A DNA stretch of 64,000 bases from Malacoraja senta (Eukaryota), in NCBI GenBank assembly GCA_038087875.1, contig CM075990.1, positions 9,054,001-9,118,000 on the forward strand, read 5' to 3'. Made by a program: the position numbers and the translations under genes. Positions 51,235 through 64,000 of this stretch are shown piece by piece (positions within the stretch are counted from its first letter, which is position 1; the number at the start of each line of letters is the position of its first letter). Below the pieces are notes generated by a model. That model had not been told where the DNA came from, searched no databases, and saw only the letters and a program-made list of their open reading frames with translations.

Positions 51235-54200
51235 TTATTTTAATGGAGTTATGATGACCAGGATGTTGGAAGTTTCATCAGTTGCAGAAAAATGTTAAAC
51301 ATCAAAATATTTAAGACCCTAACAGAACTTGAATCAAGTTTTACATTTTTCAAAATTAATTTCACTCCATTACATTATAAGCTGCAGAAAACCAAATTGT
51401 CTTCCCATGATGATCTTATAATTTCACTGTGTTCTTTCTCGATTCGTAACGTTCTCTCTTGTTCTCTCTCATGCGATTTCATTTAATGCATAGCTTTCCT
51501 CAAGTGCTTCTTTTATCCCAGAACTAATCTAGATATCCACGCTCTGTGAGCATTTTAGTTTGGAAGTCTCCAAGTAGTGGCTCTAACTAATAGACTAGTG
51601 GAATGATCACACTGTCTCAGCAGCATAGATACCTCTTGCATTGAAGTAGAGGTTAGTGCCCGTGAGATTCAGAGGAAATAGGATCCAAAGTTAGTTTGGC
51701 AATCGGAGGTAGAGGTGATTATGAAGAGTTCTCTTTGTGGTTCGAAGCCTGATATCCACGGTGTAGCACATGAATGAGTGCTGGGACACTTACTGTTTAT
51801 TATACATTAACAATATGAACTTTAATGTAATAATTAAATTTGCAGTTGACACAAAAAAGGTTATTGAATGTTAGGACAATCGCAGGTTACAGGTTGACAT
51901 TGATCAGGAGGTAAATGGCAGTGCAACAGCAGATATAATTTAATTGTGTTAAGTGTGAAGATGATGCACGTGAGGAATAATAAAAGGAGGACAGACACAA
52001 TGAGTGACTGGGCTTTAGGGTATATTGAAGAACAGAGAGACTTGTGTAAAGTCTAAGCTTAAGGATCTCTAAAAATGATAGCACCGATAGGTAGTGAAAT
52101 AGACGTACATGACACTCACATCGAAAATACAAACACGTAGACTATAATAGAATTTTACAAATCATTAATTACATTAACAGCAATTAAGGCAAAGGAAATA
52201 TTTGTTTTATTACAGAGGCTTTGGTGAGATTACTTTTTAAGGAAGGATACATCTGCTTTAGAGGAAGAGTGAGGGTTTACTCAATTTATTCATTTAATTG
52301 TCCCAGCCCATTTACAGTATATGTTGATGAAGGATATTTCAATCTGAAATATTCTCCTTCCACAGATGATGTCTCTTTTGCTGAATGTTTCAATCATTTT
52401 CTGGTATTATTCCAGATTACAGCATCTGCAGTTTTTTGATTTTGATTATTTTATCACCATGCTAATATGTAAAAAAATTGTCTGAGAAATCATTATCTTC
52501 ATAACACTTAATGACTTGTCAGAATGCCTATTTTATGAAGGAAAGTAAAGAAGCCATTTTGCAAAAAAAGATATGACAATGAGATGATGGGTCTCCTAGT
52601 AGGTTTGGACTTTTTTTTATGCCACATTCCAAATGTTATACCCAACTCAAATTGTAGGCACAATTTTCAAAATTAAATCATAATGCAGAGCCGATTCAAC
52701 AGTCACATACTTGGAACTATAGGCAGACATGTATTGACCTCCAAATCAACCAACAATGATCAGAAGTTCCAGCCAGCATGTAATTGGATAGAATGGAGCA
52801 TTTTTTAAAGCAATATTTCTTTTAAAAGAAATCTGACTGGAAGAAGAGTCTGTATTTCACAGACAAGGTTAACCCAAGGATGTAATGACCATCATCCGTT
52901 CTCTCCACAAAGACTCTGCAGTCTGACTGCCTCTGGTCTTTCTAGAGGTTGAAAACAATTTATCCAGGTTTTGATAAGGCCAAAGTCTTTCTCATCACAA
53001 CTTCTGCATGGAAATCAATGCCATGGGATTAATTGAATTAGAGTGCACAGCTTTATTGGAAAGAAACTGGATTTGGAAGGGACAATCGATCACCATAGCA
53101 TCAATTTATTGTATTATAAAAAAGGAAGAGGGGTGGGGGATGATCTGGGACAAAACTAGACTGGTTGCAGAGAAACTAATAAGAGATTAGATTAATCAGT
53201 ACATACACGGCCTATTACTTTGCTTGATCACCCGGGTGAGTTGCTTTCAGAATAGGACTTAATTATTGGGAGCTGGAGTAACAGTTAAGAATTAAAAGCT
53301 GTGCAACATCATCAAAACACAAGGGCTGTAACAGCACACAGCACTTTATTATGGTGTGCAGTATTTTCTAGCAACATTATATTGTGTAACTACAGTGTCT
53401 TATAAATATCTTACGTTGTTTATAATGTTTACATTATGGTAGTTGTGGTTTTATTAGTTTCAACAAAATAGAAGTTGTGCTGCCGCATGAGTTTTGACGA
53501 GCTTTATTCCACCCTGATGGATTAAATACTGAACACAGGTAACAGGTGTCAGGGATACATACCCAAGGGACAACAGCAAATTTAAGCAGGTTGGAGAGGT
53601 GTCAAAATGTTCCCAATACTGTGCTAAAGTACTTACTTCCTGCCATGGCTGCATTTATTCTTTTCTATAGAATGACAAAATTCTGAAATTTAATGTAACA
53701 AAAATGTACAAAAATGGGTGATTTAAGGAACTGCGCCAAAATAACTGAAAAAATGGACTGAGATATTCAAACTTTATAGTAGATTTTATGCTCAACATAG
53801 TAAATCAATTTAAAAAAAAAAAGTATATGTAAAAGAAATTCATGCTAAAACCAAATACCCCTGGTTCATAAGGTGCGATGGGAGATTCAATCAAAAAGCT
53901 ATGACACCTGAAGAACATTTCACAACAAAGAACTGGTGTAAAAATCAGGTCTTTTACCCTGGACAGTAATTATCCAAGAAATTATTTCATAGAATTATGT
54001 ATTTGAAACAGTTTGATTTCTATTACTGGCATCATAAATAATATCAGTAAATATGTGGGAGCTAAGTACCACTTAGCCATTCGGCTTCGTTGGTGAATGC
54101 ATTGGCTAGGCAAGGATTGCTGAATCGTCTAGTCCTCAGATCTGCTTTACCCATTGAGAAAGATTAATCTGCTTGTGAAAGAATGTTTTTTTTGTGGTAA

Positions 54201-57084
54201 CTGGCCATTCTCTGCACTTCCTGAGTGAATCTCAACATCATTTGAATGCTTGGGTCATCCACCACCTTAAATGTACCCTTCCTTCACCATCAATTATCTG
54301 TGTTAATAAGCATCCTACTATTTATCCCTTTTATAGTTAGTTATGTAGGCTGGCATCATTGAAGGATAGTACCTTACACATCTGCTGGAGGGCAATACTT
54401 TTTTGTAGATAAAAAGGTACCATATAAACATACATGTCTGGAAAACAAAATAATAATGTTTAACTTTCTAGAGGTGCTACTCTGTGGTACCTTGTGTATC
54501 ATCACACAAAAAAACCACTTATACTCCAATGCTTATTTTTACCCCAAAACAAATACATTCATTTCCCCAGATGTGGGTGGTCCTGATTAGGCCAGCATTT
54601 GTGTATCTACTCTAACTCCCATGAAAGTGTAATTGTGAGCTGCTGCCTTGAACTGCTACAATCCTGCTAAATGGTACAACCACAAGTTGTTGGTTTGGAG
54701 ATTTTGGACCAAAACCAAGCAACAATGTAAGAATGACGATATATTTCCAAGATAAAGGTATGTGCAGCTTGAATGGGAACCGACGGTGGCATTCTTATGC
54801 CACTGACACCCATACCCTTGTTGATGTTGGAAGTGTTGGGTTTGGGACCCTATTTACCTCGGCTTATCTAGCTCAGCCTAGATCAATACCTGCACTGCAT
54901 TTTGTAGATTGTACACAATGTAGCTATTATGCTTCAGTGAAGGAAACAAATGATCAGGAAACAAATGCTCAGCATGCCCATCAAGTGGGATGTTTAATAT
55001 TGAATCCCATTGATTCATTCATGCAAGTAAGTGCAGAGTACTCTGATATATGCTTGAAATATGCCTTGCAGGTAGTGGAACGTTTTTATGATATCAGAAG
55101 TGAATCGCCTGCCCCAAGATATCCAGCCTTTGACCTGTTCTATCTCCAGAGTATTTATCTAGCTGGAGTGGTCATTTCAAGGATTTAATGGCACAGATTC
55201 GACAATTGTTATAATTTGCTTCCATGGATGAAAAAGAAACAAAATTCCATAGCTAACTGACCTTAACAGCTGGTAACTGAAAAAATAAAAGAAGGAGAAA
55301 ATGCACCAGAGATATCAGACAAATGGATGCCAGTCAGACTAACTCAGGAGAGAAGCAACATGAATAATGCAGAATATACATAATCATGATCTCAACTAAG
55401 AAACTACAGAGAAAGGACAGAAATACTTAATAGTGTGGTTATGCTACGTTATGGCAGATGTGCATCGCAGTAAATTTCAAATTCTTTGAAACAAACAAAC
55501 TCAGTAATTATATGTATTTCTAGGTAGAAAATGTGCACAACAATGATGAATTTCAACTGCTAGGGAAGGCACTGACCAAGCAGAAAAAAATCTCCTTAGT
55601 TACAAATATTGAAGAAGTCATCAACAGAATATAAGAGTGAGCAGAAATTATTTTAGCTAACCAATTTAAACTATTAGCTTGACAATCTCTACAATATAAG
55701 AAGGGAGGACATTGAACAACCAATAATAACCATCTCAATTTCTCCTGGAGTCAATGGATTCTCTTGTGGCATGCTTCGTACCCATTGCACGTAATGCTTA
55801 TTATAGCACCAACCTTGCAATGTTATCCTTTTAATTAAGTTAACAAGAAACCCACGTCATGTTCATCTGATCAGTGCCATGGAAGATTATACAAAATCCA
55901 CATTTAACAATATTGCAAGCCCTCATACAAAAATAGTCCTTATCATGTATTCATAAGTGGTGAAAAAACTAGAATATACATACTAGGCCTAATGTATATT
56001 TTATGCACTTTTACAGTAATGTGTTGAGATTGTGCAGATTTTGTAAACTGCAGGATAATTAAAGTAATGGTAAAATATTATACATTCCTGACTGTCCCAT
56101 TCTTTACAACATCAATAATCTTGATGGCTATTTACTATTGAACCCATTTGTTGCCAGTGCTTCAATGAACAATAACCTTGAGATTATTAGAGTTGAGACC
56201 TTGCAGAGAGCATCTTAAGTTTATACACTAGATAAACTGACAGCCCATTTCTCAATTCACCAGTTAGGTTATTTTGTTGCTAAAGATGTCAAAGCCTCAT
56301 ACCGTGCTCTGTTCTTCAACTGCTCAAGAACTTTTCAATCACAGTGGAGGAAACCTCAAAGACAGTACTCTATTACACAGGTTAATGACCATCTACTTAT
56401 CTCACTGCACAATGTATTTACCAAGTTCTAAAACTGTCACTAACACTGAACTTATTGAGGATTCATTAAAGTTTTCCTCAACTTAGAAGATTCAAATTCA
56501 TTTATAATTAACAATGCGAGTGCCTTGCATATCTTTGCAGGGCTTAAAATGCAACCAGTGAACTCCATGCACTTCTACCAGATAAATTGTAAGTGCTCCC
56601 CAGGTAAGTATAACCCTATAAGGAATCATACATCATATACATATCTTATATCAAGCATGCCTAGGAATGTTCATAAACAACTTAAGTCAAAAGAATTGAA
56701 GAATTGGATGCAGTTAGTTGCATGAGTAAATGTAGCTAAGTGCTTACTTGTCTTAAAGTAGAAAATAAATGGCTTTTTTGTATGAAGAGATAATTCCTCC
56801 CGATTTCAAGTAAATTGTATGGTTTCACTGGAATAACTTACAACGTATGGCATGATGACATTGTTAGCAAAGACTTATACTAAATGACTTTTTTTAAAGA
56901 ACTAATAACAAAACATCAATCAATTTTTGAGAAGCAAGAACACAATGTGAAAGTCGGATTTGTTTTTTTATATATAGAAACCTACATAAGAGTGCCAGAT
57001 CTTTAACTATGTCAAAGTAAGAGAGATTTCATGCTGTATCTCTGGCAGTGCTGTGTAAGTCTGACTGTAGAGTGTTACACTCAC

Positions 57085-57169
57085 TCTGTCGGCGATGCTG
57101 CTGGACAGGACCTGGGTTGCCATGGAACGTGGCCTGCAAGGGAGAGGAGGATGGAGCAGAAGGCCCAGC
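57085..57169 (-). CDS. Candidate internal exon of an unidentified host gene (85 nt, or 49 nt via an inner acceptor); coding status unproven
   Basis: On the minus strand: a ~55-nt polypyrimidine tract plus CAG acceptor (57170-57172), a second pyrimidine-rich TTGCAG acceptor 36 nt inside, and a GTGAGT donor (57079-57084). GC-rich, not a recognisable repeat, and open in all three frames. Confidence 0.55.
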
Positions 57170-59382
57170 CTGTGCAGGAGAAAAGGAGTGGGGGAGGGAA
57201 GAAGGTGAAAACAAAAAAAAAGAGAAACAAACACACATTATGTCAGGAAAAGTTGCATCAATTGGACAGAATCAGACACAAAGTGAAAGCAGAAATGGGA
57301 CTCCCAAGAACTAGTCAGACAGCTTGCAAACTTCTAGAATTTCTAGCAGATCTGCTTTGACCATTTACATCAAAACATACTGTGGAGGAATCAGTTATCA
57401 CATTATTTTTTAACGTTGTTGTATGTCATTCTATCAGGATATTCTTTATATAAAGTAGAAGCAACAATAATATTCCCTCCCCATAACATAATTGTGCAAT
57501 GTCAAAACATGTGCCTTAGAATTCACTTTACGAGCAAATTATCGGGATGAAGTGATGGCACTCTTTACTGATTTTGAAGAAAGCTACCTGCAAAGATCTG
57601 ATGATCTCAATGGCATGGCCCTGTATTTATCTAATGCCAGGTGCCATCAATTACTGGCATCTGAATCTAGGTATCTAACAACAGTGATGTTGTCACATTA
57701 ACTAATCATTCACACTGAATGTTCAGACAGTAATACAAAAATAAAAAGCACCATTTTTAATGTATCTTAAATAGTTTGCTGTTAATATTCAAACATACAT
57801 AGATTTGTTCAGTAGCTGAAACAGCCTAAACAACCTTTCGAACTATTGAAATATATAATTAAACAAATTTAAATATGTATATAGAGAATTAATTATTTTA
57901 TGTCCAGAATATTTTCTACAATATTGCTGATATAGTTGTTAAAATACTAAAAGATCTTATGAGGAAAATCACCACATTTTCTAGGATATTTTAGCGATAG
58001 TTTATAAATACATAATTATTGTCTATTCATAGAGATGACAATGAAAGGTTGTATACGATGAGAGGGGAACCGATGACAGCAAACTGCGGATTTCCAAGTT
58101 ATTCGGTTCTTGAGTGAATTTCCGAAAATGCCATCAGTTCCATAGTGCAAGGCCAACAAATTATAACAAATATTCTGTGATACAACTGTAGAAACTAGAA
58201 CAATAAAAACTGAAAAAGCACCAAGCTACTGATTCTCAACAATTATTATAAAATTGTTTCAAATTAGGAAAGACCTTCAATCCGTTTCAGCACATACAAA
58301 ATACCAAACTCTATTGTATCCTTTCAGCATCTTTGAGGTCCTGTGTCCTGATCTCAGTCGCCTCCTGACCTAGCTGCAGTTCAACCTTTGCATTAAGAAA
58401 TACTCCCTGCTTTATATGTTGAACTGCCCATAGACGCAGAGCATGAGATTTAACCACAATCACAAATTCATGATAAATCGTTGCATGAGACGCTGTTTTT
58501 CTGCACTTTTTCCCACCCTGTACAACATGTTTATATTCCTAGGATTCATTTCACCTTCTACATTATATAATCATTTCCAACAAACTCTTCTCAATATTGT
58601 GATTTGCTCTGTTCCTGGTGATGAATAAGATGTGACCAGACAGATCTGGAGACTCAAAGACATTAGTTGTTTAGCCATTCTTCTTATTGCTCCTCTTCAA
58701 GTCATTCTCTAGCCTGAGAGGATATACAGGCATCTTGCGGGCATAGACCTGGGTTAGTGCCAGTTTGTCAACAACCACAAAATAGGTCTCGACCCCAAAT
58801 GTCACCTATGCATGCTCGCCAGAGATGTTGCCTGACCCACTAAGTTGCTCCAGAACTTTGTTTATTTTTCTTGTAAATCTGCATCTTAATTCCTTCTGTC
58901 ACCACAAAAAAAAGTTATTTGAAAGATCAACAAATTTATCACGCTCTCTCCTTCCCTCATGCACCCTGTATGTCTATCCCAAGACTCTGAATTTTGCCGG
59001 AATATGTCTAAAGATCTGACTTCAAATTTGATAGTCACTATTGGGTGTCACTTTCTTTTGTTAAATTTCATCACATTTATTTTTTTCTAAAGAATTCCAT
59101 ACACTATTTGGTGTCCCACAACCAAGCAGTGAACTGTCAATCTGCTCATAATCCAATGTCAATACCTTTCCCCAGTCAGTTACTAAGATCAGCTCAGGCT
59201 AACCTCCTTCGCAGTTTCTTCAATTCCGAGACATAGACCTGAAGAAAGAAAATTGCTGTGACATATTGTCTCATCTCATAACTTAATGAGATTGGACAGG
59301 ATTAACTCAAAACTGCATGAATGAGATGTTGTAACCCATCAGTAACAGCAGAAATGTACAACCTACCTATCGGTAACCTCTA

Positions 59383-59474
59383 ATAGACACAAAAAGCTGG
59401 AGTAACTCAGCAGAACAGGCAGCCTCTCTGGAGAGATGGAATGGGTGACGTTTCATCTCGAGACCCTTCTTCAG
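59383..59474 (-). mobile_element. Penelope-derived short repeat with intact hammerhead core nucleotides
   Basis: The minus strand of 59443-59474 reads ctgaagaagggtctcgagatgaaacgtcaccc. Confidence 0.8.
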
Positions 59475-61099
59475 TATCAGTAACTTCTGGTTTGTTAGCA
59501 ATTGCAGAGTATACATTCCTCACTCTACGATTGTTGTCAAGCCAGTGGATCAACCCTGGTTCAGTGAGGAGTGCAGAAGGGCATGACAAAGGACCATCAG
59601 ATGTACTACTGAAGTACAACACAGGACTACACAGCAAAAATGAATGCAATAGAACTAGGCAATCTCAGATCCAACAAATATTAAGAAATCCATGCAGTCC
59701 TGCTACTTCTGGCTGTGAATGGTGCTTGTCAATTAAAACAGTTATGGAAGGGAGTTCTAGGAATTTCCTCACCCTCAATTGCAAGGATCAGCACATGAGT
59801 GCTAAAGTCAATACTGCAGTATGTACCAAGTGGACAATCCATTTCAATTTCCTCATGAAATTCACACCAGCAGTCAGTTTAGTTCACTCCACATGACATT
59901 AGGAAATGACTGAGAGCAGTTGATGCAGAAAAGGTTGGAGGGCCTCAAACAACATTCCAAATATAATACAAGTATAATACAATATGCTTGTGCTTCAAAA
60001 CCAATTGTCCTTCAACCAAGCTTTTCCTGTGCAGTTACAAGAATGGGATACTCAATATTTTGGAAAATTGCCCAATTATGTATCGTCCAGCTAATTTTCC
60101 CACGGTCTACTCTCAATCATCAACAAAGTAAAGGAAGGTCTAACCAACAGTGCCATCAAGTGGCAGTCACTTACTAACAACCTGAGCAGCAGTGTCCAAC
60201 TTAGGTGCCAGTCCCAAACCACATCATGATCTCCTCCAAAAGTAGACTAAGTCACTGAATTCCAAAGGTGAGACGAGAGTCACATCAAGACAGAATTTGT
60301 CTTATTATGACAATTAAGGCTTGATAAAGCTAAAGTCAACGAGCAACAAAGAGAAATCACACTGATAGTTGGAATAACGGAGTAATACCTGACTGCAGTT
60401 TTTATAGATCAGTTATCCCAATTACAGAATATTACTGCAGCATTTCCTTGAGGCAGTATCTCAGACCGAACATCTTCCGCAGCTTTATCAATGACTGTCT
60501 TTTCACCATAAAGTTAGGTAGAGATGGATGCTGCTGATTGTACAATGTTCAATTCCATTTGCAGTCAACGCCGGCATAGTAAAAAAAACTGGATCATATT
60601 CAGGCATGTAACATTTGTGCCAGAAAAAGCAAAACAATGAGCAATAAGAGAGTCTAAAAGCCTATGATTGCCATTCAACTTTATTACATTATTTATCTCT
60701 TTCTTTTCAAGGTTAATTTGTTCAAGAATCCCACAATTATTTTCCCTAATATTTCCACAATTAATTTCTCCATAGTAAATGCAAACAAATATCAAGTTAA
60801 GATCTTATCAATACCCTCCAATTCCATGACGAAATGTCCACTTTGTTTCCTAATTATCCCTGTTCATTTATTTATAATCTTGTCTTTAATAATAAAATTA
60901 TTTTGAATTTTCCTTAATCTGGCTGCCATTGTAACTTTGTGCCCCTAATTTGCCCACCTAATTTCATTTAAAGTATCCCTCCTGTACTTTCTATATTTTT
61001 GTAGAGCCTCTCCTGTTTTCAGTTGCCAAAGGCTGCCTTTCCCCCTTTTTTAATCCTTGACATCCAAGATGTCTTGATGTGGTTGGCCTTACCTTTCAA

Positions 61100-61602
61100 C
61101 TTTTTGCAGATGACACCACCCTAGTAATGTACATCTTGAACAATGATGAGACTGAATACAGGAAGGAGCTGAGAGAGTTTAGTAACATGGCATCAAGATA
61201 GCAATCTCTCCATCAATGTCATCAACACGAAGAAGCTACTCATTGACTTAAGGAAATGGGATGGTGTAAACAGCTCAGTCAGCATTAATTGTGCTGAAGT
61301 GGAGATGGTTGTGACCTTCAAGCTCCTGGAGGTGAAAATCACCAATAATTCGTCCAGGTGCAACCACATTAATGCTACTGTCAAGAAAATACACCAATGC
61401 CTCTACTTCCTCAGAAGACCAAGGGAGTTTTGCAGGTCTCCAATGAGTCTTACCAACCTTTACGGATGCACCATAGAGAGCATCCTATCGGGATGTAATA
61501 CTGTTTCATTTGGCAACTGCCCTGCAGAAGACCGCAAGGAATTGTAGAGAGTTGTGGATGTAGCCAGTCCATCACACCAACTAGTCTTCCCTCCACTGAA
61601 TC
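61100..61602 (+). mobile_element. Rex1/Babar-like LINE RT fragment
   Basis: tttgcagatgacacc (FADDT). ORF 61299-61547 encodes KKIHQCLYFLRR...YGCTIESILSGC. Confidence 0.8.
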
Positions 61603-62329
61603 CAGAGTTTACTAATGCAACAGCTCAAACAACACGTGACCGAGTTCTCCTGCCACGTCTTTAATTTTAAATATAGAGCCCCTTTTTTTCAAATGTAATC
61701 CAACTAGAAAGAAAAACCCTTATATTAATATCCTAGTTACCCCCACTGCTTAATTAAAGAATAATTATCATGGTATACACCTTATTAAATTACAAATGCC
61801 ACTTACATCGATGTAAAGTCTTTAACGCTTAATTTATCCAATTAACTACAATACAGGAAATATCCATCCGATGCTAATTACAAACCACACTCTAAACCAA
61901 TGCTGAGCCTGTACCGTCTCTATTCCCTGACAGTATTGAATTATAAAAATGTCAAAAGACCCATCAGATATCTAATTGATTCAGGAAACAAAGACAAGTG
62001 TTGAGAAGCTCTCACGGTCCCGACATACCATCATTCCCAAAGCCTGCACTCTGAAGATTGTTCAACTTTGGCGACAGTCGCGAACAAAGCACATAAAAGT
62101 AGATAATTCCCCACCACCTGATGAGATGTATCTTAAATTATGACAGAAAAGAAAGGAAGAGAACTGGGGATTTGACAGAATTTTTCAGTGTATTTGGCTG
62201 CAGCAAAGCTGCTAAATAACTACGACAAATGTGTAACTTTATTTAAGATGAGCAGCAGGAATAAGTCAGTTAATTACAAGCTGGAATGTCCCACTGAGTG
62301 GCAGCTGGATGATACGATAGATAGTAAGA

Positions 62330-62702
62330 AGCTTTCCCTCTAGGAGAGGTGTCTATAACTATAACTAGAGAGGATAGATTTATGGTTAGAGGTGGAAAAT
62401 TTAGAAGAAATTTCAGGGAGAATTTTTTCAGCCACAGGTGATTGCCATCTGGATGGGACTGGCTAAGAAAGTGATGTAGGCAGGTGCTCACAATAAATTT
62501 AAGATGTATTTAGATGGAAGAAGCTGCAGAGGTGGGTACAATTATGACATTTCAAAGGCACTTGGACAGGTGCATGGATAGGAAAAGTTTGGAGGGTACA
62601 GGGACAGGCCCAGGCAACGCGACCAGCTCTGTCAGGCAACTTGGTTAGCATGATTGAGTTGGGCCGAAGATCCTGTTTGCATGCAGTATTGCTCTCTGAC
62701 TC
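62330..62702 (+). mobile_element. Decayed CR1/HER1 3' fragments
   Basis: ttggacaggtgcatggataggaaaagtttggaggg...gagttgggccgaagatcctgtttgcatgc. Confidence 0.7.
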
Positions 62703-63504
62703 GATCAGTAAGCAATTTTTAACAGTAACTTCATCACATTCACCAACCCAAACGTTATTTAACCAATTGGTCTTTCCCTTCTGAGATGTGGATAAATTAG
62801 TTGCTGCAATTCATCCCATTCCAACAATTGCTTCACTTCCAAGGTAATTGATTGTAAATACGTAGAAATTTCTGCAGAGGGAATGGTTAAAAAGCAATTT
62901 TTTTCCCCCTCTTTTTAGGCGGTTCTGGTACACAATAATCGTTGTCAATCAATTTGCTAGTAATCAGAAAATTCACATCAAAATAAAACCAGCATAGCTG
63001 ATGCTCATTATTATAAACTCCAGGGGACTGACAAAACTGATTCTTCTCATCAAAGTGTGCCTTACTGGAGTATGCATTCCACTCTTGACTACACCGACTA
63101 TAATAGAGCTTTAGGCATGAAAACATTTCTCATAATGAAAGTTTGGCATTAAGAATCTGAAATTGAGATGGAATTAAATAGGGGAACACAACTGAGAGTC
63201 ATATCTATATGAATCTTTGAGCTTCTCAACTGCATTGTCATTACTCTTTATTTTTCTTTCAGAAGCAAATTCACTTTCAAGTTCTCTAGCCCAGAGAGGT
63301 GCAGAAGCTCAGTCATTGAGTGTAACTAAGCTGAAAGAGTTAGGACACCAGGATGATTTGGATAAATGCGAGATAGAGGATGAGCCTTCATCTGTTAGAC
63401 AGTGTTACAAGCTCAAGAGGCCAAATGGCCTACTCCTATTCTACATCTTACATTTCCAGAGAGGTAGAAAATAAGGGAGCTCATTCTGTTGTTATAACAA
63501 TAAT

Positions 63505-63660
63505 CTGCTGCAGGAACTCAGCACGTTGAGCAGCATCTGTGATGGAAAAGGAAATGTTGGCGTTTAGGGTCAAAACTCTGCATCAGAACCTGATGCAGGA
63601 ATTCGACCTATAACTGCTCATCCAGCAGTTTGTTTGTTGCTTTGGATTCCAGTATCTATG
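63505..63660. mobile_element. Older fold-back Penelope-derived repeat
   Basis: gggtcaaaactctgcatcagaacctgatgcaggaattcgacc, a central inverted ctgcatcag/ctgatgcag. Confidence 0.55.
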
Positions 63661-64000
63661 CTTGTGTCTGCTGCTATAGCTATGCAACACAATGTTTGCC
63701 CTATGCAGAGAGATTGAGTAGATCAGGGCTGTATTCTCCAGGCTGAACTCATTGAAATGTAAAGCCATACATGGCTTGGCTGACCAGGTGCAGAGAGAAT
63801 TTTGTTGCTAATTGGGGAGTTTAGAACCAAAGATCACCATAGAATAAGGGATTAATTATTTAGGACTGGGATCAATTTTTTTTCATTCATGGGAAATATG
63901 AATCTTTGGAATTCTCCGACCTGAAGGTCACCCAAAGTGGAGGTTCGTTCATCGTGTTTATTCAAACACAGATGGAGTGATTTTTAAGGGAAAACGTATA

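Noticed and set aside
57115..57129. RFX X-box-like gttgccatggaac
   Set aside because: Imperfect single site inside the candidate exon, with no supporting promoter context.
57031..57360. 109-aa plus-strand ORF
   Set aside because: Its Lys/Arg/Gly-rich part is the reverse complement of the polypyrimidine tract. The minus-strand exon reading explains the composition better.

Overview
Eukaryotic, AT-rich, repeat-dense DNA with no recognisable multi-exon gene. HE1-type V-SINEs, HER1/CR1-clade LINEs and Penelope-derived short repeats point to a cartilaginous fish, probably a skate or ray (inference), and the window is likely intronic or intergenic. It contains: (1) a very young CR1 LINE with an uninterrupted endonuclease+RT ORF2 (8197-11076, minus); (2) a full-length Passport-like IR/DR Tc1 transposon (25287-26915) whose reading frame is broken only by a 17-bp tandem duplication; (3) a second, more decayed IR/DR Tc1 (48898-50558); (4) Penelope-like RT and GIY-YIG remnants plus about 15 short Penelope-derived repeats, whose consensus carries a minimal hammerhead-ribozyme-like core (CUGAAGA...GAAACGUC) and which often form fold-back palindromes; (5) Harbinger-like MITEs, Rex1/Babar-L2 fragments, an L1-like 3' end, a (GAA)n-tailed retroposon with a perfect internal 24-bp inverted repeat, and microsatellites; (6) one good candidate host-gene exon on the minus strand (57085-57169) with two in-frame acceptors. 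Almost all other ORFs in the track are antisense to transposons, repeat-derived or chance. Family names come from recall and by-eye comparison, not from database searches.
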